This document shows positions 18,539 to 25,910 of a stretch of 32,000 bases of DNA, piece by piece (positions within the stretch are counted from its first letter, which is position 1; every line of letters starts with the position of its first letter). The stretch is from Kastovskya adunca ATA6-11-RM4 (lineage in GTDB: Bacteria; Cyanobacteriota; Cyanobacteriia; Cyanobacteriales; Coleofasciculaceae), in the NCBI GenBank assembly GCA_019359445.1, contig JAHHHJ010000001.1:303334-335333 (forward strand), in the 5' to 3' direction. Under the pieces are notes generated by a model. That model was not told where the DNA came from. It ran no database searches and saw nothing but the letters and a program-made list of their open reading frames with translations. A program made the position numbers and the translations under genes.

Positions 18539-19885
18539 TTGTTGGATGGCGACACCCTGACAACGGTTGCTCCCTGTTCTACTCATGGCGGGAGGCTGGG
18601 AAAAAGACAAGACAACCAACGTCGTCCAGTGGCGATTGATTTATTTGCCGGGGTAGGGGGCTTTTCCTTGGGAATCGAACAGGCGGGGTTTGATGTAGCG
18701 GTAGCGGTGGAAGAAGACCCAGTTCATGCGGCTGCCTATGCCTTCAATTTTGCCGATACTGAAGTGTGCTGTGCAGACATCACTACCTTGTCGGTGGAGG
18801 CAATCCGGAAGGCAGCGAGGGAATGGATAAGGGTAGGGTGGGGTGGGAGTGGCGATGACAGGATTGATTTAGTAATTGGTGGACCTCCCTGTCAAGGTTT
18901 TTCAATCATGGGCAAGCGTCAGCCTGATGATGCCCGAAACGAGTTGGTGTTTGAGTTCTGCCGTTTGGTAAAGGAACTGCAACCCCGTTATTTTGTGATG
19001 GAGAATGTTCCCGGCTTAGGTCAGAAAACGCACCTCCCAATTCTGAAGCAGCTAATTTGTGAGTTTCAATCAGCCGGGTATAACATTACTGAACCTGTAA
19101 AGGTTTTAAATGCAGCGGATTTTGGTGTGCCGCAGAATCGACGACGGCTGTTTTTGCTGGGCAGTAGGATGGGGGAAACGCCGTTGGTTTATCCACAGGC
19201 GGTGGAGTCTGGACGGGTAACAGTGAAGGAGGCGATCGCGGATTTACCCAATTTAGATGATTTTCCGGAACTATTAAAGACCGATTCCCTGCCACTCACC
19301 GACTCCCAACTCCGGCACATGCAGGCAACAGCTAGCCGTTACGTAAAAAAACTGCGATCGCTAGAAGCAGATGATGACAACCTTGCCTATCGCCGCCAGT
19401 GGAATCAGCAAATTATCACAGGCGCAATGCGAACCACCCACAGGATCACCTCAATTGAGCGCTTTGCAATCATGCACCCCGGACAGTTAGACCCCATCAG
19501 TCGCCTGCGACGGCTAGATTGGGATAAATGCTGCCACACCCTACGCGCCGGAACAGGTATAAATCGCGGTAGCCACACCTCACCCCGTCCGATTCATCCC
19601 CAATACCCCAGAGTAATTTCTGTCCGCGAGGCAGCACGCTTACATTCTTTCCCGGATTGGTTCCGCTTTCACGTCACCAAGTGGCACGGATTCCGGCAAG
19701 TTGGTAATTCTGTACCGCCGTTACTTGGACGAGCCTTGGGGAAACAAGTGATGGCAGCGTTAAATGTTGAGCCACCTACGCCCAGCGGGTTTTTAGAATT
19801 GGGAGATCCTCAGTTTTTGCGCTGGACGCGATCGCCCTCGGCTAAATATTGGCAAACAAAATATCCAAATACCGACAATTATTAA
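18539..19885 (+). CDS. DNA (cytosine-5)-methyltransferase. The TTG start is uncertain; GTG at 18629 would begin MAIDLFAGVGG.
   Basis: Motif I DLFAGVGGFSLG, motif IV GGPPCQGFS, motif VI FVMENVPGL, motif VIII QNRRRLF, motif IX VREAARLHSFPDWF and motif X GNSVPPLL. Confidence 0.92.
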   Translation: MLDGDTLTTVAPCSTHGGRLGKRQDNQRRPVAIDLFAGVGGFSLGIEQAGFDVAVAVEEDPVHAAAYAFNFADTEVCCADITTLSVEAIRKAAREWIRVGWGGSGDDRIDLVIGGPPCQGFSIMGKRQPDDARNELVFEFCRLVKELQPRYFVMENVPGLGQKTHLPILKQLICEFQSAGYNITEPVKVLNAADFGVPQNRRRLFLLGSRMGETPLVYPQAVESGRVTVKEAIADLPNLDDFPELLKTDSLPLTDSQLRHMQATASRYVKKLRSLEADDDNLAYRRQWNQQIITGAMRTTHRITSIERFAIMHPGQLDPISRLRRLDWDKCCHTLRAGTGINRGSHTSPRPIHPQYPRVISVREAARLHSFPDWFRFHVTKWHGFRQVGNSVPPLLGRALGKQVMAALNVEPPTPSGFLELGDPQFLRWTRSPSAKYWQTKYPNTDNY

Positions 19886-20118
19886 CTTCTTAACTAGCAA
19901 ATTGTACTAAAATCTAAAATTTTTTCTGCGTTAAAAGCAGCAGAACCTAACAGCTTTTTAAGAAGGTGAAAGAACTAAATTAAACGAGCCATAAAGACGC
20001 AAAAAGATTTTACAGAGCGGTTTCCAGGTTGTTCCGTCTGACAGAGGTCGATAGATAGTCTTTGGCTCGATCATGTTTTTATAGGCAGAGAATATAGGAT
20101 TTAGGCTGAAATATTAAG

Positions 20119-20718
20119 ATGGATATATTATTAAGCATTTGTATTGGTATTGGGCTGAGTGCCGCTTGTGGTTTTCGGATATTTGTGCCGCCACTGGTGA
20201 TGAGTATTGCGGCAATGTATGGACATCTACCACTGTCGTCGGACTTTGACTGGATCGGGACTTATCCAGCACTGATAGCATTTGCTATAGCAACGGCTGT
20301 GGAAATCGGCGCTTATTACATTCCCTGGATTGATAACATACTGGATGCAGTTTCGACACCAACAGCGATCGCTGTTGGTACATTGATCGCCAAGGCGTTG
20401 CTTCCCGATAGCGATCCTCTAGTGCATTGGACAGTGGCGGTATTCGCTGGCGGTGGTTCGGCGGGAATCGTACAAGCCTTTACGGGAATTACCCGTCTCT
20501 CTTCAACGGCTCTCACGGGTGGCATTGGCAATGCCCTTGTTTCTACGATTGAAGCAGGCTCCTCCATTACGTTATCGATTCTCGCGATCGTTGTGCCTGT
20601 TTTTGCAGCCGTTTTGGTGGCGGTTTTACTGGTGTTTATTTTGCGTATTGTTGTGCGGAAGGGCTGGAAGTCGTTATTACCACTAAACGAGTCACAGCCT
20701 AGTTCTCTTGAACAATAA
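20119..20718 (+). CDS. Integral membrane protein, DUF4126-like
   Basis: 199 aa with 5-6 hydrophobic, Gly/Ala-rich helices. The N-terminus LSICIGIGLSAACGFRIFVPPLVMSIA resembles the DUF4126 family, recognised from memory only. Confidence 0.65.
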   Translation: MDILLSICIGIGLSAACGFRIFVPPLVMSIAAMYGHLPLSSDFDWIGTYPALIAFAIATAVEIGAYYIPWIDNILDAVSTPTAIAVGTLIAKALLPDSDPLVHWTVAVFAGGGSAGIVQAFTGITRLSSTALTGGIGNALVSTIEAGSSITLSILAIVVPVFAAVLVAVLLVFILRIVVRKGWKSLLPLNESQPSSLEQ

Positions 20719-20924
20719 AAAGCCTGTTTGGGTGATGCAGTAGCTCTCACAATGCGATCGCCTCACCCAAAGCAACGGTAGCACCATAACAGAAGTCGCT
20801 AAAGCGATCGCCAAGATTTCTTCAAAGCTTGAGCGTTAAGTAGACTGAGGCAGCATTAAGGCGCAATTAGCCGCAAGTCTTGAGTTGGTGAATAACAAGA
20901 GACTTTCATCCCAGAGATGAAGCT

Positions 20925-21113
20925 TTAATCGTTAGTTGTGGGCTGCTCTGGTTCCAAGTCATCGGCATCCGAGGTGGGGTTGTTCATTTCCTCCTTAAAG
21001 CCACGTAAGGTCTTACCCAACGCCCTGCCCATTTCGGGAATTTTCTTAGGCCCAAAAACCAAAAGAGCAATAACCGTAACAACACCGAGTTCCGGTAATC
21101 CTAAACCAAACAT
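20925..21113 (-). CDS. tatA: Twin-arginine translocase subunit TatA/E
   Basis: MFGLGLPELGVVTVIALLVFGPKKIPEMGRALGKTLRGFKEE is the canonical TatA TM helix, FGPKK hinge and amphipathic helix. Confidence 0.92.
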   Translation of the reverse strand: MFGLGLPELGVVTVIALLVFGPKKIPEMGRALGKTLRGFKEEMNNPTSDADDLEPEQPTTND

Positions 21114-21299
21114 ACTAGTCTCCTGTTTTAAATTCGCTTTCTACAACTATAGACAGCCAGAGGTATTTGCGGAGAGCAGTCTTCTCATACCCAGTTGCCG
21201 TTAAAGGTAGTACAGGTTCCTCCCCCTGCTTTTGTGGGCTGACTCTGCTCAGAAAGGGGCTGTAAGCCTCTTGAGCATTAGCCTGACCAAGCAGAGATT

Positions 21300-21515
21300 G
21301 TGCAATCCCTAGATAGTTCTTCGAGTTCTACATCTTTGTTAGATTCAACAAATGTCACAGAGCATATTCCAACAAAGGAACTCAGAGAACTATTTCAATC
21401 ACAGATTGCTGATTCTTGCTCTGAAGACACCTTAGAACAACTGATTCAGTTGAGCCATCAGATTATTCATAAAGTAGTACTCCAACCTCGACACACGTGG
21501 TCTAAGCCGATATAG
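21300..21515 (+). CDS. Hypothetical 71-aa ORF at the left edge of the AT-rich patch
   Basis: GTG start, Ser-rich N-terminus, no motif and no clear RBS. Confidence 0.2.
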   Translation: MQSLDSSSSSTSLLDSTNVTEHIPTKELRELFQSQIADSCSEDTLEQLIQLSHQIIHKVVLQPRHTWSKPI

Positions 21516-21564
21516 ATGCTGCGAGGTGAAACACAGATTTACATCGCTGACCTTACGCAAGCTC

Positions 21565-22353
21565 TTACCTAAAGAATTTTTGGGCGACCTCCTTCTCACT
21601 CATACTTGTGCGATTTTTCAAACTTTCCCTATACATCTTCTGTTGTTGTTGATACTGATCTCCAATACGGGCAGCAGAATATGTTAGATAAATATGTCGT
21701 CGCTGACTCAATGATTGATTTTCACCACTTCTATGAGGACAAAGGCTGTGAAATACGACAGCATCGCCGGGATGTAGAGCGATTAACTCACCTTGACTTA
21801 TCCTCAGTTGTGAGAATTCCCATGAGAAAATGCTCCTTTCCTCTCCTATCGGAGTTAGAAGTTGTTTATGGCATTCAGGAAAAAACTCAACCCCACCGTT
21901 GCTTATATCAGAATAGTCTAATGAGATTAGGACAGAACATAGATCATCTGCATTGAACTCTTGCCACCAAGCGTAATCTTGATGAAGAGAATAACCATTT
22001 TGCCTAGGTGGTTTAAATATTAGTTTATCTTTGAACAATAAAACCTCATCTTTTAGAATTTCACTTACAATCGAGATTATGTTCTTGCTACAGGTAAGCT
22101 TGCGAATTAGAGGTGAAATATCTATTGCCGGATCAAGCTTCTCAAAAAGTTTTTCACCAGTAGTAGTCTTTCTAAACCAAGATCTCCAGTTATCTTCATG
22201 AATAAGCTCTGGTATATTCAGCAATCGATCGCACTCTTCAGAAAAAATATTGACTTCTTCAGGTGTAAGCAGGTTTCGTATAATAACAAACCCACGAATA
22301 GAAAACTCAGAGGAATGTTTTGCCAACGCTTTAGGGTTGAATCTTTGAATCAT
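21565..22353 (-). CDS. PhyH-family Fe(II)/2-oxoglutarate-dependent dioxygenase
   Basis: HxD in GYSLHQDYAWW. The distal His and 2OG-binding region read VVFHSLCPHRSGENQSLSQRRHIY. 262 aa is typical of the phytanoyl-CoA dioxygenase superfamily. The Asp is retained, which points to a hydroxylase rather than a halogenase. Confidence 0.8.
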   Translation of the reverse strand: MIQRFNPKALAKHSSEFSIRGFVIIRNLLTPEEVNIFSEECDRLLNIPELIHEDNWRSWFRKTTTGEKLFEKLDPAIDISPLIRKLTCSKNIISIVSEILKDEVLLFKDKLIFKPPRQNGYSLHQDYAWWQEFNADDLCSVLISLDYSDISNGGVEFFPECHKQLLTPIGEERSIFSWEFSQLRISQGELIALHPGDAVVFHSLCPHRSGENQSLSQRRHIYLTYSAARIGDQYQQQQKMYRESLKNRTSMSEKEVAQKFFR

Positions 22354-22389
22354 TTCTTAACAAAAACAACAAAAAGAATTCCATTTTCA

Positions 22390-22749
22390 CTATTTGCTAA
22401 TCTCTATCAGTCCATGAGATTCCAACAAATCTAGAAACAACTTCGTATCACGTATAGCTGTCATGCGATCAACTTTAAAGCGTGTATAGACATTGTCTGC
22501 AATTATCGGCACATCCGGTTCAGTATCTAAATCTAAGAGATCCCAAATAAAAGCTGCAACCATTGTTAATTCAAATTCTTGTCCCTTGTGGCTCAAAGCT
22601 AAAACAACATCCTTACTAGCTAAGGTATTGAAATTAGGATCAACTAGTGCTGATGGTATATCAGGATATGATTCCAACTTATAGTGGCGATGGCATAAGA
22701 CAGGTTTAACTTTTCTAATACACTGTTTGAGTTCAGGCTTTGTTTGCAT
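22390..22749 (-). CDS. PqqD-like protein, a putative RiPP recognition element (peptide chaperone)
   Basis: The pattern LVDPNFNTLASKDVVLALSHKGQEFELTMVAAFIWDLLD ... VPIIADNVYTRFKVDRMTAIRDTKLFLDLLESHGLIEI matches the PqqD layout (beta strands, 'a-IW-lld' helix, 'D-flxxLxxxGLI' tail). Its start overlaps the rSAM stop by 17 nt. Confidence 0.62.
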   Translation of the reverse strand: MQTKPELKQCIRKVKPVLCHRHYKLESYPDIPSALVDPNFNTLASKDVVLALSHKGQEFELTMVAAFIWDLLDLDTEPDVPIIADNVYTRFKVDRMTAIRDTKLFLDLLESHGLIEISK

Positions 22750-23704
22750 GGACGATTCCCTTAGCTACTTGTTTTTGCATCAGCTTTTCAGTGTAAGGCT
22801 TTAATGGCATCTTCTCCCTATCAGAATTAATGGGCCATTGATTATCTTCTTTTCCAAAGCATTTATTAGGTTCTCTACGTCTCTCAGATAGTTCAGAAGA
22901 ATTTAGCCAAACTTCTGATAACGTCTGCTTTAAAATATTCCCAATAGAATCTCCACTGTAGGGGCAGATAACTAGATCTCCATTGGGGCGTAATGTTAAA
23001 GTTGTATTGCCGCAGCTACAATTTTCTCCGCTTTCCGACCCATACATTGAGATTTTGACTTTACTTTTTTTCCTCGAATCATCTACACGAGCAATTAAAT
23101 CTTCTAAAACATCTTGCTTGATAGAGAATCTATCTTTAAGCACTAATCCGTTACCAGCAGCCCGAAATAGCTTGAAATTTATTTCGGAAATCAGTTCTTG
23201 TTCTGCTAAACTCACAAATTCTGAGATGTATTCATGATTCTCGACTGTGATCGTAGTAGAAAAATGAACTTTAAGACCAACACGATTTGCAGATCTAATA
23301 CCTTCAAGCACTCGTGAGTAACTCCCTGATTTATTTCGCAATTCATCGTGGTACTTAAGAAAAGGGCTATCGATACTGAATGAGAGGGTACCTAATCCAG
23401 CCTCTTTAAGTTTTTCAGCCATAGCAGTATCCACTAGCCAACCGTTAGTAGTTATATGCGTAAAAATGCCTGCCTCACTGAGTCGCTTTACAGTGTGTAC
23501 AAGATCGGCACGAGTTAATGGCTCTCCACCTCCAAAGGCAACTTTAAATATTTGTGCATCAATCAGCTTCTCAACAATCAACTGATAGTCAACAACAGAT
23601 AGGTCTTCTGGATAGCTAGGTGAACGACTATAGCAGTGATCACAATTGAAGTTGCAATTGTATGTGTAGTGCCAATTCACAAACCGAGGATGTTTGCTGA
23701 GCAT
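22733..23704 (-). CDS. Radical SAM enzyme with a twitch-like (partial SPASM) auxiliary-cluster domain
   Basis: YNCNFNCDHCY is the Cx3Cx2C motif and GGGEPL is the SAM-binding motif. The C-terminal CSCGNTTLTLRPNGDLVICPY fits Cx9-15Gx4C (first half of SPASM). There is no Cx2Cx5Cx3C, and only one further Cys (NKCFG). Confidence 0.9.
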   Translation of the reverse strand: MLSKHPRFVNWHYTYNCNFNCDHCYSRSPSYPEDLSVVDYQLIVEKLIDAQIFKVAFGGGEPLTRADLVHTVKRLSEAGIFTHITTNGWLVDTAMAEKLKEAGLGTLSFSIDSPFLKYHDELRNKSGSYSRVLEGIRSANRVGLKVHFSTTITVENHEYISEFVSLAEQELISEINFKLFRAAGNGLVLKDRFSIKQDVLEDLIARVDDSRKKSKVKISMYGSESGENCSCGNTTLTLRPNGDLVICPYSGDSIGNILKQTLSEVWLNSSELSERRREPNKCFGKEDNQWPINSDREKMPLKPYTEKLMQKQVAKGIVHANKA

Positions 23705-23741
23705 AATTTTCCATTCTCATACAAGACTTAAAGAACGATTC

Positions 23742-24032
23742 TTACGGATTCGCTACGGAATTTACCACCACAACCATTTGTGGCTCAGCATATTCCCGAC
23801 GGATATCTGGATCTAAACTTCTCTCAAAAGCACCTTCTACTCTGTATTGGGGAAATGCATCAGCAATAGTTTGAACTTGTTGACATTCTTCTGATGACAC
23901 TAATTCCCTTACCAAGTTTTTGTGTTCATCACTATTGACTTTACCCAAAGCCAGTAGTTCTGGAGTAAGGGTGTAGATGTTGCCCTCACTATCTGAGATG
24001 ACAAGTACCAACTCATTTCTTTCCGTACTCAT
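23742..24032 (-). CDS. 96-aa acidic protein, the candidate precursor peptide of the rSAM operon
   Basis: First gene of the operon, with the Shine-Dalgarno AAGAGG 6 nt upstream of the ATG. The sequence is MSTERNELVLVISDSEGNIYTLTPELLALGKV...RREYAEPQMVVVVNSVANP. It has a single Cys and no known domain. Confidence 0.6.
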   Translation of the reverse strand: MSTERNELVLVISDSEGNIYTLTPELLALGKVNSDEHKNLVRELVSSEECQQVQTIADAFPQYRVEGAFERSLDPDIRREYAEPQMVVVVNSVANP

Positions 24033-24241
24033 TTTTAACCTCTTGATTTAATTTGAATGTGTACTCTCTATTGTTCTCTATCCACGTTATAGAGTGAAAA
24101 ATCCGCGAAATATTAAAATATTACTTTACAGGCATCAATGAAAATATTGCACCCAGCCCGATAAGCGGTCTCAGCGGCTGGGGGGTGCCATGCTACACTA
24201 GAGGGTTACCAAGCACTAACAGTAGCTACCAGGCAGCTCAA

Positions 24242-24596
24242 CTATAAATAAATGGAAAATAAATGGACAGAAAGTTTCAGCCTAAGATCCCATAGTGGAT
24301 GAATAGGCAGAACGATTCGACATAAAGCCCCCAATTTAGTACTTAGGTAGATTATTTCTGCATAATATGCTACCCAAGCTGAATAGCCCAAATCTTTCCA
24401 TATATTTTTAGATTCTCTACAGGGATAATAGTTATACGAGCTCAGTATATGCCAACTGTGTTGTCTAAGCAGGAAGCGATAACTGGTCATGAAACTTCTC
24501 TACGGTTATAGTTTTCGTCTGTTCAAACGGTTGCACTTGCAAATCAAGAATGTTGGCTCAATAATTTTCCATTCTGCGTCGCTCAGGTTGCTGGAG
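24242..24596 (-). pseudogene. Decayed IS5/IS4-type transposase N-terminal region (DUF4096-like), broken by stops and frameshifts
   Basis: Minus-strand translation of 24552-24596 gives YSSNLSDAEWKIIEP, the hallmark L(T/S)DxEWxxIEP start of IS5-group transposases, followed by a stop. In another frame the 82-aa ORF contains AEIIYLSTKLGALCRIVLPIHPLW, which resembles AILYVLRTGCQWRMLPxxFPPW. Confidence 0.45.
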
Positions 24597-24858
24597 TATG
24601 CTATTTTTGCTTGAGTTTAATCCAGCATCCTCATAGATATCAAATGGATTCTATAAACCTGCACTGGGAGTGGCAGGGGCGTCCTGGAGAGTCGTTCCCT
24701 CGCTATCTTCAACCCTACATGCAACTGAATGACGTCATAGAGATCTGACAACCTCTCTTATAGCCGGAACAAGAATATAAAAGAAATTATTCATTTTGTG
24801 TGCGTCTGTTGATGTAGCGAGGTAGCGTAAGAATATAGCTAATAAAGATGAGAGGTTT

Positions 24859-24954
24859 ATGACTGCCCACGATTTGTTGATGTTGGTAGTATTACTTGTT
24901 CCAGGGCTGTTGCTTTCGGTGCTGATTATGCTTTCGTTTGCGGCTGGCGGCTAA
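24859..24954 (+). CDS. Possible 31-aa single-TM hydrophobic peptide
   Basis: The ATG is preceded by GAGAGG. The sequence is MTAHDLLMLVVLLVPGLLLSVLIMLSFAAGG. It is not in the ORF track because it is too short. A terminator lies ~140 nt downstream. Confidence 0.3.
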   Translation: MTAHDLLMLVVLLVPGLLLSVLIMLSFAAGG

Positions 24955-25094
24955 AGAACACAGATTAACCAAGACAGCCTAAAATCCCGCTCTCCGGTCG
25001 TCTTAAACCTTAACTTCATGGTGTTATTCTGTGAGGGCGGCGTTGACGCTGCTAGCACCTATCGGGCGTCTTAAGGCACCCACCTCACATTAAA

Positions 25095-25125
25095 AGCAGG
25101 GAAACGCTACATTCCCTGCTTTTTT
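25095..25125 (+). terminator. Rho-independent terminator, possibly bidirectional
   Basis: AGCAGGGAA (25095-25103) pairs with TTCCCTGCT (25112-25120) around an 8-nt loop, followed by TTTTT (25121-25125). An A-run sits upstream. Confidence 0.55.
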
Positions 25126-25384
25126 ATCTACGGTTTACGTACTTAGACGAGATGACTTGGCATCATGGAGATTCCCCCTAGCCTCCCTTGAAAAATAGGG
25201 GAACTGGCTCAAAGTCCCCATGTTGATGCTTCCTGACTCAGAGGAACTGGACATATCCCAGCATGGCTTTTTTATAGGGAGTTCCCGGTCTCCAGAATAT
25301 TTAGGCAGAAGCTCTTGATTGCAGCTACAAGCTTCCCCCGCAATCGGTTAAATCGGCTGGGTAGGGGGTGAGCAAGTTAGAGGT

Positions 25385-25765
25385 TTACTGGTCTTTTGGT
25401 TTAGGAGAACTAGTAGAGTTTTCACCAGAACGGGGCTGGCGATGCATGGATACTGAGTCTACTAACGTGCCTTCTAATTGCATCCGTTGTTCCATTTGAC
25501 GCAAGAAATAGCCAGTCATCATAGCGCTTGCTAGCAACCCGGCTAGATTTTCCCGGTCAGTGGTAATTTGCACATTGAAATGCTCCGAGGGCAGCATCCC
25601 TACCAGTCCTTGAACATTTTGAGAAATGATTTGTTGAATCTCAGGACTCGCTGATTTAGCAACCCGCGCCAAAACTTCTGGCGGCTGGTGCTGAAGATAT
25701 TTCAGAAGCTGATTAGATTGATCTTCTTCTGGGTCGGAGCTGAGAAAGTCAGAATTAAACACCAT
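25385..25765 (-). CDS. Conserved cyanobacterial/plastid-lineage protein, DUF760-like
   Basis: 126 aa. LLKYLQHQPPEVLARVAKSASPEIQQIISQNVQGLVGMLPSEHFNVQITTDRENLAGLLASAMMTGYFLRQMEQRMQLE resembles DUF760, recognised from memory only. Confidence 0.65.
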   Translation of the reverse strand: MVFNSDFLSSDPEEDQSNQLLKYLQHQPPEVLARVAKSASPEIQQIISQNVQGLVGMLPSEHFNVQITTDRENLAGLLASAMMTGYFLRQMEQRMQLEGTLVDSVSMHRQPRSGENSTSSPKPKDQ

Positions 25766-25910
25766 TAAAATTGTTGAGGTTTGACTTCTTAGTTTCTACT
25801 CTAAACGATTGCGCTCAAAGCCCGCGTCTACCTGAACAAATAAGTTCTATTTCTTTAGAGAGAAATTTGCGATAAAAATTAGTTGCTGGGAAGCCTTGGC
25901 TGGTGTGGGG

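Noticed and set aside
20316-20750. 144-aa minus-strand ORF antisense to the DUF4126-like membrane gene, plus the 77-aa ORF at 20453..20686 (+)
   Set aside because: The plus-strand 199-aa frame yields regular hydrophobic helices and starts at an ATG after an AT-rich leader. The antisense frame is a typical shadow of a Gly/Ala-rich gene.
24242-24490. 82-aa track ORF as an intact protein-coding gene
   Set aside because: It is better explained as one frame of a degraded IS5-type transposase N-terminal region. The matching LSDAEWKIIEP segment lies upstream in a different frame and is followed by a stop.
25160-25215. CCCCTA...TAGGGG hairpin-like element, with a similar CCCCTTCCCTACAAAGAGGATGGGGG element at ~4470-4500, as regulatory RNA
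   Set aside because: These are short imperfect stems resembling generic cyanobacterial intergenic filler repeats. Nothing links them to a known riboswitch or sRNA family.
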